Part shown: piece by piece, positions 1 through 12,300 of the stretch
How positions within the stretch are numbered: the first letter of the stretch is position 1
Layout of the letters: every line of letters begins with the position of its first letter
From: Tubiluchus corallicola
Taxonomy: Eukaryota > Animalia > Priapulida
Length of the DNA: 64,000 nt
Assembly (NCBI GenBank): GCA_030141605.1
Contig: JAQGDQ010000137.1
Location: forward strand, 124,001-188,000
Direction of reading: 5' to 3'
Notes under the pieces: generated by a model
Told to the model about the DNA's origin: nothing
Seen by the model: the letters and a program-made list of their open reading frames with translations, nothing else
The model's database searches: none
Translations under genes and position numbers: made by a program

Positions 1-543
1 GCATTACATAAACATTCATTTTACGGCAATTCTATAAACAAAAAGTTACAAGCTACAAGAGGTTACATCATCATCATCGAGTAAATAAACTGACAACTAC
101 AGTTAAAAATTTATTAAATACTGCTACTAATAATAAAATATAATTGAATACGACATACTACTATTTGCTTGTTTTTTTTGAAAATTACGTTTTAGTAATT
201 ATAAAATTAGGTACTCATACTTTGCAGTTACTAATAGTTTTTTATGTGAGTAAAAGGAACAAAATTATATTATTACTCATTAAATATGGTAAATATGCAG
301 CTCAACCGATTCATAATAAGAACATCATTGCAGACTGAGGTGGAAGAAATAAGAAAAATTAGTCAAGCCTATCACAAGTTTTTTTTATAAGAGAAAATTT
401 ATTATATTTTGTTTTTAATTTCTGTTAGAATCTGCCTGTGTTCTTTAATGCAGACTCTTTGGCTGGATTTAACATAAAACATAAAAGCTACAGCAGTATT
501 AACTTTGGATAGCATGCCTTATGAAACTCATTACTTACTATAC

Positions 544-3500
544 CTGTTCTATCTGTTTGCTCCAGATGGTAACTACCTCTTCTATTTGTTGTAAAGCCAG
601 GGGATTCGTGGATGCCCGCATGCAATCCGACATGGACTGCAATTCACTGAGGTCATACGTCTCGCACTTCTTGAGTTCTATAGCACCTTTGATACTACCC
701 TGAGCACCTACATGACAAACGCAAACAAAATATACGCAACAAGATTGTTCAGCAGAAATAGAAAAAACTTCACATGGTAGATGATGGCAATTAACCATTG
801 GCAGAGACATAAACAACCACTGCACAACAGAGGTATTGTCATTTCATTTTGGAATAACCTATAACAGCATCCTATCCTGGGAAAACTGAACACATGCAGT
901 CAAAACATCTCATCGCATATCACTCTCATTGTATAAACACACTAAGTGCACCGTATTTACAAATAGGGTATCTGGTAGCCCACTGAAATAAATCTGATGA
1001 GTTCAAAGTATGTCAGCTTATACCTTGAAATGTTCTAGTATACACCGGACATTTCATTATATAATATATTCTAAACCATAAGGGCCTCAGTGCAATAAGT
1101 ATAGGGTCCGTAGTATGGGGCCCCTGTACAACAAGCATAAGGCCCTAAGTATGGGGGCCCCTATACAATAAATATAACCCTCTATACATGTTAGATACTG
1201 GAAACATATATATCCTATATATATATATATATATATATATTTGGGAAACTGAAAGATGCCAACATTTCTACAAGTTTACGTAGGGGCCCATTCATGAGTT
1301 TGGCCTAGGCCCACAAGTAGGTAAATCCGGCCCTGCACATTTAAAAGGTCATACATCCTAAAATCATTTCCTTTTCGTTTGACTGATGTGATAATATGTT
1401 AAACAAAGTGGCAAACACATTGCATTTTATATCTAAAGCAATTCTCAGCTATTTTCCAAGATTTTTAATGGCTGAAACAAAATATGAATGGCATTCAGTG
1501 GCATTATCTCTGCCTTTTTGAAAGCAATTTTGTTTTACAGAAAAATATATGGAAATTCTGGTACCTTCTAAGAAGTTGAGAAATCTGTTATAAGAATCCA
1601 TGAATTTCCTGGTAGTCTTAACACCCTGTGGGCTATCATTCAAGGCTCCCCAGTCAGCATTTGAATAAACTGGAGGACTATATATTTCTGTTAGTAGTTC
1701 ATGTATTGCCACAAGAATGCCAGACGGATCTTCTGGGTCAACTTCCATAGAACCGGAAAGTATTTCCTAACATATAAATGTAAGAAATCATTGACACATA
1801 ATGTGACGAGGTTAATATCACATCGTTAGGCATGTGCTGTCCAATAGCTCATGTTGAGAGGCAAGTTTTCAAAATAGCTAACTGCCAAAGAAGCAGTACG
1901 ATATAAGCCACAATTTAACAATAAAAAAATGAAAACTTAAACATCATCTATACCAACAAAAACACAAGGCTGTGTCAAAACACAAACTGTGCAAGTAAAC
2001 TACTATTCGCACTACTACAACACAAGACATTAATAAATACAGTATCTAAATAATTGCTTCAATGCCATTTAAAATGGGAAAGCAACCATTTAGCAAACCA
2101 AAGAAAAGTTATTTATGGAGATATATGTTAGATATGCCAATATTCACTGTGGAGTGAAAATAATTAAACTAGTTTGAAGAAAAAGAAAGTGGAAGTACTA
2201 GATACCAAAATGTACTTTAGAGAATATTTAAGCTTAAATTCAATGTCCTAATTGTACGTGGCCCATAATAAATTCTGTCCATTGGTTGTTGTAAAAACTT
2301 TTAATGGCGTTCACCAAAGAGGCAGTTTATTTTTTCTGAAAAAGCCGGCATTATACTATCACTATCTAGAGACTATTTAGAAAAAATAGTGCAAACTTTT
2401 ATTAGTAACACAGAAGCGACAACGAAAACTTAGAATCTATGGTACTTATCACTGATACAATACTATAACATAATTAATTATGACAGCTGTATGGAGAGGA
2501 CTGTAAAAAATAAGAACACAGTTCGCAGCTTTAAAAGCTGCTTTGTTGAAAATGTTTTGTGTTTTAAGTACAGACTGCATAATTCGTTGCATCAGTAAAA
2601 CAAACTGAGTGTACTTCAATGTGGTATGTACCAGGCATTCACAATGGTATTCACAACAACAACTGCAGTAATGCAGTAATTTCATTTGGAGACTCCTCAT
2701 ACGATCAAGCTGTTTTTGTAGATGTGCCACTACTATAGACAATTACATTAATAAATTTTACATCTTTCTTATAATGTAGTAGAACTAAATACCTATAATT
2801 TATGCACACAATTTTTTGCCAAAGAAAATCTGCTTATCTTTACTATTTTACTTTGGTCATTATAAATAATTAAACATTCAAAATGTAGCTTACTAAACAA
2901 TTTTATCCTCTAATAATTGAAAATTAGAGACTTTCTAATAAATATTAAAACTAGCTTTCATAAAACTTATATAACTCCTAAACAATATTTGTTTAAAATC
3001 AACATTTCACCTCATGGATATTTTTAGGTGTGACATGTACTTCCGATCGAATTCGAATAAAAAACACGCATTTTCCATTCAGCGCCTCATCGGTGCCATC
3101 TGTTATGAAAAGTCTCAACAATTTACCTCTTCTCTGAGTTGGGTAAACTCTTCCACAGTCTGTAAAATAATATTTAAAAGATGGTAATGATTAGACTTAG
3201 ACAAAAAATACCAAAAAATCACTAACAACTAACAAAAACTGGAAAAACTAATTACATACAAACAAAAATAAAATTTTTTTATAATTTTTAATTTAGTCAT
3301 ATATGTCAAAATATGAGAACATTTCTTTATATAAATTGTCAATTGCAAGACAAAGGTTGATACACAGCTGGATGTAACACAATTAATGAGAATGTTAGCT
3401 CTGCTAGAAACATAATTTAATTGAACTCTTGTTTACTTAACAAAGCACAATAAGTCGTTATCTGAATAGAGTCTAAATAACTAACAAGAATTTAATAGAT

Positions 3501-6500
3501 TTAAGAATAATTATATGAAAGTGAAAATGAGCTTATACTGTCTTACCAGCCACGGCCAAAGGGTCACTTTCTTGATAATAGAAGAGAATAATTCTTCGGC
3601 CTCGCTTAGCAAAAAACTCATCCATTAAATCAAAGTGCTGAAAATTTCCATATTATTGATAAATACGAATTGATAACTACTAGACAAGATTTTAAAACTT
3701 GCGTCTACAAAAAGTTCATCTATATGCAAAACAAGAAAACTTTAAGCATGGAACAAACAATTTGGGACTGCTTGTAATAGTTTTCAACTTTGCCTATCAC
3801 TCACTGCTACACGTGTCACAATTTTCACTCTTTCCCATGTTTTTGGTAACGATGTCTGAGGACATCCCAGCTCAATAATGATCCCATATCTTCTCCATCC
3901 TCTTAATATTTCTTTACCACACATACAATCATACACATAGTAAGCGAAGATCATATATTTTAAAAGGACAATCTTAAAGGAAAACAGGACCCATCTGAAT
4001 CTATAGCTCAAAACAATCTAATCTGTAAAATATTGAAAGGGAACATGCTATTTTTTCAAGAATGGCATGAAAGGATTATTACTGCAGAAACGTTACTTTG
4101 TGTATGGTTGCGATGTAGTAAGCATGTTTGAGATCTCATGCATAAGCACAGCAGTAAACTTGAAATTTGATTTTTAAAATTAAAATTTGCCGAGTTTTTT
4201 ATGTGGTCTACTGTACTTCAATTTTCGATTTGCAAAAATGTGCAACAGGCTAGTGAAATGTTTGTGCTGCTGAAAATTATGTTCAGCTGTGATGTCACCA
4301 CTAATTGGGCTGGTTTGCCACTAATTAAGTTATAATCTATTACACTCTGATTATAATCTGATTGCAAGTTATCAGAAACACTTTGGCATTATTATAGGTG
4401 TTAATATATATTGTACTTTTTACATACTTTAAAAATAAGGTGAGATATGAAAAACCTTCCACACAACCGTGACATCTATTTGGTGGGTCTCATTCACAAC
4501 TCATGTGCAGGACAATATTTACAAAGCTTACAAATATTAACAATTTACTATGTGAATTAAAAATCAAAATGACAACACACTGTGCCACTTATTCAGTTTA
4601 TGTTTTGTATTGTATGTATTGCATGTTTGTTAAACTAACACCTAGCTTAGCTGCATTTTGAAAGACTTTGTAGATCAAAAATTTAATTTTAACTTTGATC
4701 AGACGCTTGTATTATGATTTGCATTATTCAGAGATGTACGGTAAAATGATTAAGCATGCAAATAGAGTTATTTCTGACTGCAATGTCTCCTTTGCATCTT
4801 AGAATCACTTCACCCAGAAGCAAAGCCAGAATTCTGTTACCGATTTAGTTAACGCTTGCATCATTTTCAACACATTACGAAGCACAGACTAAAGTATTGT
4901 GGTCAGCCAGACAGAATGGTCGGGAATTTTTATTCTTGGACTTATCTGGATGTTTACACTCGAACTTAAACATATGCCTAGCGGAACATTCTCTCTATGG
5001 TATTTAAAAGAATGATACAGAAATTACTTAAGATTATAATTGAGCATATCCAGCTGATGTTTTGCAACAAGCAGCTATACCAAGCAAGCCCTGTCATTTA
5101 GTGCCGATCTTGGCTTGCAAATGCTAAGACGTGTAAAAATAAGTCATATCCACTGACCAGGGCAAATTTTCTGTGAGATACCATGTTTCTCAGAAATACT
5201 ATCACATTTAAAAAAACTTAAAACTTTTCACATTTCAAATGGGAATGACACAAAATTTTACAGGTTGATATTAAAACACTACACTGTTTGGTGTAATTAG
5301 TCTGTGTGGAAAATTAGACTCATACACACCAATTTTAAAGTACATTTTTTGTATCTTTGTCTGGTGTTTAATTAGTCTGTGTCCTGAAAATAGTGGCGAT
5401 TAAAATTTAGAAAGTTATATTACCTCGATTTTTTTCTCTAGAGATTTAGCTTCGTCTCGATTTCGGTTTATTTAAATAAATTCGATCGTGACGAGCAAAA
5501 AAACTGGTTTTTATAATTTGTCATTTTTGTCCAACAAGCGCCACCATTACGTAATATAACCAACCCTCACAAAACCAATTGACAATTTTTCAACAAAATT
5601 GTTTGCACCTGGTAGGCTAAACTACCCAAAACAGACTAACCACACGAAACAGTGCAAATGAAATTCCGGAACCAGGACAAATTAATAAAATCTACACGTC
5701 ATTTTCAAATGTTCCGAAACTTAGAGGGTAAAATTAAAAACAGTGTCAGAAAAACTGAAAAGTAAACCCTTGCCTTTTGGCTATCTAGAATAAATTCTTC
5801 CACAACTGCCGAATCCAGATCCAATCTATCAGCTACCATTTCTAGCAAAAACCTGTGAGTAGCAGAACCCAAAAAATTTTTTCTGGAATCCCTTGCTTCT
5901 TTAGCTTGAGCCTGGAAAAGACCAGATCACAAGCTCAAATGTAGCTTTTTAGCAAAACTTTAAAATGCAGCAATAAGGTTGACCTACAAACTGGAGCATC
6001 AAAATACAATTTGCAGAAAATGAAACCACGGGACCGTGCAATTTAAATCAATTTAAAATTAATTAATTAATTAACTAAACAGTCCTAATTAATTAGCTAA
6101 TTAATGATTTAATTAGTGCAAGAGATCCTAATATCATCCTACCAGACTTCAACTCAGTTGGATAAAATTTACAATTAATTAATTAGCTAAACAGCTATAA
6201 TTAATTAGGTAATTAACGAATTAGTCCAGGACATCTTAATATTAACCAAATTTTAACTCAAACTGGATAAAATGTAAATCCATTTGAAATTAATTAATTA
6301 ATTATAATCAACCACTTAATTTCTATAGAAAAATTTTTGCTTCCACCCAAGCACATCCTAACTTATTATTTTACCAAATATCAACTGAGTTTGACAAATA
6401 TTCAGGTGGAGTTGCAGAAATGTGACAGGCAAACTGAGTGAATCATAGGATTTTTTCTAATAACCAAGCCTACGTTCGGGAAAAAAATTGAGGCAGTTAT

Positions 6501-8424
6501 GATAAAAATAACATGCAGGTAAATAGCTAAACTGTTTCAGTGCAGTGTAGCGCTACAGGTGTGATGCCCAGGACAGAACACTTATGAATTTAATTTTACA
6601 GCCTCTTTCTATTGAACTTGAAGTATGCTAAGATTTTTGTTTCACAAATATTTTACTAACATGTACTCTCACAAAGTTTGCAATGTGATTTCAGTTTGCC
6701 AACTATAATTTTCTTAATTATATTTGGCTTTCATAAGAATAGAATTATCCATATTTGGTACATAAGTGAACTTCTCAAAATATAACTTTACTGTTGACCG
6801 GTTTCGAACAATTACTGTTCATTTTCAAGACATCTCAAAAAATTATGTATCTACCAAACAATAACTGAATTGAACTTCAAAGTTGTTTGTACATTCTGAT
6901 AATTTATTTTTGTTTTTACATGCCTTATACAGCCAATAAATTTATATGCCAATAAACAGTAATTGCTCATTCAGATGCCTTGAAAATGAACAGTAATTTT
7001 TTTCATTCAGATGCCTCACAAATGAACAGTAATTGTTTGAATGAAGAAGTTATATTTGGTAAGACTGACTAAAAGCAGTGTGGTGGGAGCGACAGGGGGC
7101 AATCGCCCCCTGGTGGCAAGGGTGAGTGTGGCACAAAATTTGTCTAGAGTTCAATGACTGTTTATTATTAATTACTAATCCGACATTAACAAAACAATTA
7201 ACAAAAGTTTTCAAATTACAACAAAACTGCTTTTTCAGAAATCATCCTAGCTGACTTAATTACTACACAGCCTAGAAAAAAGGCTAATGTTGTTACTTAA
7301 CGGTATGTGAAGAGTGTCATGTGGCTTAGCAGATAAATAATTTTTGAGAAACAGCGGTGTTTCTCTAATGCCGATTGTATTATTGTGAAAATCTGTAGTG
7401 TTCTGTACCTTAAGTCATAATCTTTGCATGTTTTAATGCTGGAGCTGAACATTTAAGGACTGTAAGTTACTCTGGTGCCGTACTGCAAATTCTTGGAAAA
7501 AAATCATTTATCTTTATCCTACGATCTCGAAAAAAGTTGGGCTTAGAAACGCAAAACAAACTTGGTTTTTGGGCCAACAAAGCATGTGATGCACATTTTA
7601 ATCATATAATTTATCCCATATCCTAATATATACATATATATTTATAAAAATACGTATTATAATACATTGTTTATTTCTGATTATATATATGTGTGTGTGT
7701 TTGTAAAAATTTACGAGTGATGATGACAGCACTAGCTCTGTCGAAATGTTTGACATGATTTTTAGCTATGTAAATTAAAAGTTTTAATAAAGTTGTGGTG
7801 TTTTAACTATTATACGTGTAGCTTCACCCATGAAACAAATGATCAAAGTATTAAAAGGGTAGGACGCCAGAAGTTTTTTTGCCCACACGCATCACAAGCA
7901 CTTGCTACGATGCCACTAGCTCGAAATGCAAATTAATTACAAATTACCTCTTTCTCCTTTAATCTTTCAGCTTGAGTTTGCAAGGAAAACATAGTGCTTT
8001 TCTTCCTTGTTCTAACAGAGCCAGAGCTACTTCCAGACCTTGAATATCTACCCGTACTTTTGGTACGTTCATTGCGAGGTAGGCTCTCCGAATACTCCAG
8101 GGAACCAGAGTCTTGCATCAGCTGCAAAAATATCACCATAAGTGAATGTCTCATGAAGCACGAAAATTTTTTTCATCACAGCAAATTTACTGTCATGTTT
8201 TTTCAACAGCAAGACACATGCAGTGCATAACAAATAGATTTCAAAAATAGCCGCACTTTTAAGTAACACGGTTGTAGTTTTTAGAAAACTACAAGTTCAG
8301 CAAATCAGCAAAACTGTTAGTAAAAAACTGACTAATAAACTGCAAAATTTAAGAACAAGATTGTCATCACACATCAAGTGTTAAAAGCACATTTACTCAC
8401 CGAATCAGTCGTGTCCTTACTCAT
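544..8424 (-). CDS. DNAH5/DNAH8: Axonemal outer-arm dynein heavy chain, DNAH5/DNAH8-like; N-terminal 7 coding exons (314 aa), gene continues beyond the left edge
   Basis: Phase-compatible exons 8424-8401, 8121-7948, 5911-5774, 3637-3547, 3159-3011, 1766-1565, 707-544 give MSKDTTDS-LMQDSG...AQAKEARDSRK...VEEFILDSQK-HFDLMDEFFAKRGRRIILFYYQE...DCGRVYP...LFITDGTDEALNGKCVFFIRI...FLEGAQGSIKGAIELKKCETYDL...IEEVVTIWSKQIEQ. This matches the recalled N-terminus of vertebrate DNAH5/DNAH8. Which paralogue cannot be decided by eye. Confidence 0.9.
1080..1335. mobile_element. Degenerate hAT-type MITE remnant with internal (TA)n
   Basis: Several GGGCCC-rich subterminal motifs and a terminal AAATCCGGCCCTG at ~1323-1335, typical of hAT non-autonomous ends; (TA)n at ~1217-1240. 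No TSD identified. Confidence 0.45.
6765..7060. repeat. Inverted/tandem repeat, possible Penelope-like pseudo-LTR remnant
   Basis: AATTACTGTTCATTTTCAAG (~6810-6829) is the reverse complement of CTTGAAAATGAACAGTAATT (~6979-6998). The latter unit recurs in tandem at ~7020. Confidence 0.4.
7076..7918. mobile_element. Degenerate hAT-like non-autonomous element
   Basis: Left end CAGTG(T)GGTGGGAGCG...GGGGGCAATCGCCCCC and right end ...GCTACGATGCCACTA resemble CAGTGGCG...CGCCACTG-type termini; old and interrupted. Confidence 0.35.
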
Positions 8425-8519
8425 TTTTCTAAAGAGGTTAGGTATCACCAACCTTACATCAGCCTTATTTTTTTCGAATAAGTTGCTTCACTGACAAAAA
8501 GTGGTGCTGTAAAATGTAA

Positions 8520-8660
8520 ACATATATATATATATATATATATATGTTTACAAATTTTATACTTATGATTTTATATATATATATATATATATATATAAAA
8601 TCATAAGTATAAAATTTGTAAGCAGATGCATGCATATATATATATATGTGTGTGTGCATC
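8520..8660. repeat. (TA)n/(TG)n microsatellite cluster
   Basis: Several directly visible (TA)n runs and a short (TG)n. Confidence 0.9.
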
Positions 8661-9129
8661 TGCTTACTTTTTTAAATTAAACTAAACATAGGTCAAAACA
8701 TAGAAATACACATATAATGAAGTATATCTTCAAATGCAACATTTTTGTAATGCTGTGCACAAATGTTCACCAATCATATATACTTTTGCACTAAAACCAT
8801 GCTGCCAAAAAACATTCCTAAATCCACACTACATACTAAAATCTTATGCAACACATAATTAAGCCAGCAATTAGATAACAACATACCACAATGCAAATTT
8901 GAAGCATTAAATTAGGTCCATACTCCGTATTTTGCCTTCCTAAAATCAAGATGCTGGACTTGGTAAATGAAACATACATACATGTACAACAGATCTGCTG
9001 ACAACGGTAAGTACAGCGTCAATAATTGGTACAAATAAATAAAATCTCAATTAACAAAACACTGCGCTGTAGGCTATAAAATTAAACGCAAACATTCGTA
9101 AATCTTCGAATCACTATTAATAGTATGTG

Positions 9130-9350
9130 TGCATCTGCGCATCTGTTTGCGCAGGCGTTGCCATGACAATAGCTCCTTAGATGCGACCACGTGATGCGAC
9201 AGTAATTTAGCAAAGGAAGAAAAACTTGTCATTTTACTCATTTCCGTAAAAAAATGCCATCGTTGGTTTCTACGTAGCACAAGTGACAACAACTTTATAA
9301 ATTTATAGAATCGTGTCACGTTTTTCATCTGTTTGCTCTGTCTCAATCAA
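9130..9350. promoter_or_regulatory. Probable bidirectional promoter with RFX X-box
   Basis: Locally GC/CpG-richer island between the divergent ATGs at 8424 (-) and 9351 (+). Contains GTTGCCATGACAAT at 9157-9170 (12/14 match to X-box GTTGCCATGGCAAC), E-box CACGTG at 9188-9193, and TGCGCA motifs at ~9136-9153. Confidence 0.6.
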
Positions 9351-12300
9351 ATGGCAGCAGATCTCCGGAAATTAAAGCAATTAGATTTAGACTTAGAGGT
9401 ATAGTGATTATCTTAAAACGTGAAGATGAAATGATTCTGGACATCCATTAACGATAACACAGCTTCAGTTTTAATCTAAAAATATCTGTAATCTGCATCA
9501 TTTGAAATATGCACTTATTCTAACGGAGTTATTACGCAATGTGAAAAGAAATTTTTTATAGCAGTGCGTGCTAGACACCTCTACTGCAACATCAAGTAAC
9601 TGATATATTCCACTCAACCTCAAAGAAATTTCTCTAACCCTGTAATCATTGTTTACAAATGTATAATGAAAGTATGTTTGTCCAATGTCTGATTTCATAA
9701 TTCTGTCAGTAATTCTGATTTAAGGGATGCATTGCTTTTGCTCACTCAGAATTTTTTAGGCCAAATGTAGAAAAGTGAAAATATGGAAAATGTACCACAG
9801 AAGTCTTGTGTCTAAATTTTCTAATGGTATTGATGGCACTTATCTGGCAACATTGTAATATAATAAGACAAGAGTTCCATAGGCAAAGGGTCCAATAGAA
9901 AAAATGGATTTATAAGCAGCTTTTCTGCATCTACGAATGTCCAAGGTAAACTTATGAGACACAGCCACAAGAAGGGTAATTTAAGTCTGCTTACTAACTG
10001 GTTTGGTCATTACAGCAGTTTGCGTGTATAATTTGTACTTTTCATGGTACAGCTAACGATAAACATCCTTTCTTGTTCATTTTGTCATCAAAGAAACAAT
10101 AGAAACCAGAAATGTGCCATGGAAAATGCACAACATGCTAAAATTGTATTTCAGTAAAATTTGGTTGAGAATTCTTGTTGAAGACTAAATTACACTTTTA
10201 CTATCTAATCAGTTGCATTTTAATTAGTGGTTATTCGAGTTTAGTAATTAGGACAGAATGGATGACCAGACCTAGGTGCCCATTTTGGTTATTAGGTCTG
10301 GTTATCCATTTTGGTTGGCTGGGCTCCAGTACTGGGAATGCTAAAGAATTAATGATAAATTACTAACTTTTCTAGAATTCAGTGTACATGGCATTCCTCC
10401 CACATTTTAGTTAGTCTGAAAAATTTTGCCCTTCTGATTAATTTTCTCTTTAGAACTGTATAAAATGTTTTCCCCAAACTTTATAGGAAACCAAATTTCA
10501 TATAAAGGCACAAAATGTCAGTGTTCCAGTCAAAGGGATGCAAAAACATTACAGCAATAAAAAAATCATGTTTAAGCCCAGGATAAAACTGGAAGAGTGA
10601 AAAATCATAGCTAGGAAATTCTAAAAGTTCGATTGTCACTGTAATATAATATAACTGGCCAAAATTCAGATTGGACAAACTGTCATACTGCAATATTGTG
10701 TGAATAAAACATAAGAAACTAAATCTGAACTTCTCTTACAATTTATGGCTTTTGACAACTTTCTGAATTTTCACATTTATAAGAATGATTAACTTAAAAG
10801 TGTTTAATAATAAAACGTAATCTGCTTTAGGAAAATGATGCTTCAGACATTGAACCCCATGTTGCTGAAAAGAGATACCTGTGGAACTCTTTTGCTGACA
10901 ACATTGTTCATGCAGCTCGTTTGCGAAAACAGAAGAGTGGAATTAAGCGACATCCTGGGCATTTTCAGGTAACTACACAATAGAATGTCGTTCCTTTAGC
11001 TGCTAAAATGTATTTACTGATTTACTTCCAAGATTCTTTGTTATTATTACTGATGTCTTGGCTCTTGGTGGGGAACACCAGGTGTGCATTTTCAGCATAA
11101 TTCAGCCACAATAATAATAACTTTTGTTTAAAGTTGACTTTTGGATAAACAAGTAACATAAGCTCAAAAAGCTTTTAATCTAATGTAAATAACAATTCTA
11201 ACTAACATAACAGAGATTATTAGTAAAAGCACTTTTACCCTAAGTACCACACACCAGGCAGGGCAACAACAGGTACCATTTTTAGTTTTTGGTATGATAT
11301 GACCACGGTATTGCACACACTACCTCTCAGATGAATAGCTACCCATTAGACTATACAGTGTGACGAATTACCATGAAATCAAGACCATAGTGTCACAAAT
11401 GATAAGCATTGTAGGAAAACAGGATGATTATTCATATCCAATCCTGTTTTAAAATATTGTAAAAAGTACACACCTGTAATAATGCCAAAGTGATTCTGGT
11501 AATTAAATAATAGGTTCAAAACTTAGTTAATGGCATTCGAGCCCACTGCTACCAATGACATCACAGCTGAGCATAATTTTCAACTGCACAAACATTCTAC
11601 GAGTGTTTTACACAAGTTTACACAAGTATCTAATTTTCCTTTAAAGCTTACAAGTTGACATTGAAAATTCATTCACACGTAATGTCTAATAATTAAAGTA
11701 TTTGTGCGAAACTAAAAAAACTAGGTGACTATGTCAAGACTCAGATTCAAACCTACAGAAAAAGAAAAAGGCTGTAATGCAGTATTGCTTTTCTCATTTT
11801 TCAATAGTTTACAGTCCTGTTTCCTCGTGCAGTTTTCTTAACTTGTGTGAAACCCTGAGTGCGTGTGCATTTTTAACTATTACAATCTTTGATAGCTGCA
11901 GAACTGTGGCCAGTATAACCAAGGGGAAAAGCCTCTCAGCCATGGATACAAAGGTCGCCATTATGAGGTCAATGTGAATGTCAACCTACATCGGACTTCC
12001 GAACAATTGACTAGGATTGTAATTGCAAGGTACGTAGCTGAAACATTAGTAGTGTGTTTCATTTGTCTGCATCACCAGTTAGTAGTATGTTGTATTTTGA
12101 TCTGTGTCATCAATTAGTAGTATGTTTAATTTTTGTTTGTACAAACAGTTATATATAAGTGATTATTAATACGTTAGGCTGTAATGCAAAAGAAATGCAT
12201 GTTACAAACTACGATGTATGACAATTACTTGTTAGTAATGAGTTAAATACTAATGTTAAATTAGTAATACTACATACAATCAATTGATGGAGAATGATGC

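Noticed and set aside
990-1010. CTGATGAG as a hammerhead core
   Set aside because: No stem II or GAAA partner at suitable spacing.
6040-6450. AATTAATTA-rich repetitive segment
   Set aside because: Probably an old interspersed repeat or low-complexity DNA; no termini or family could be established.
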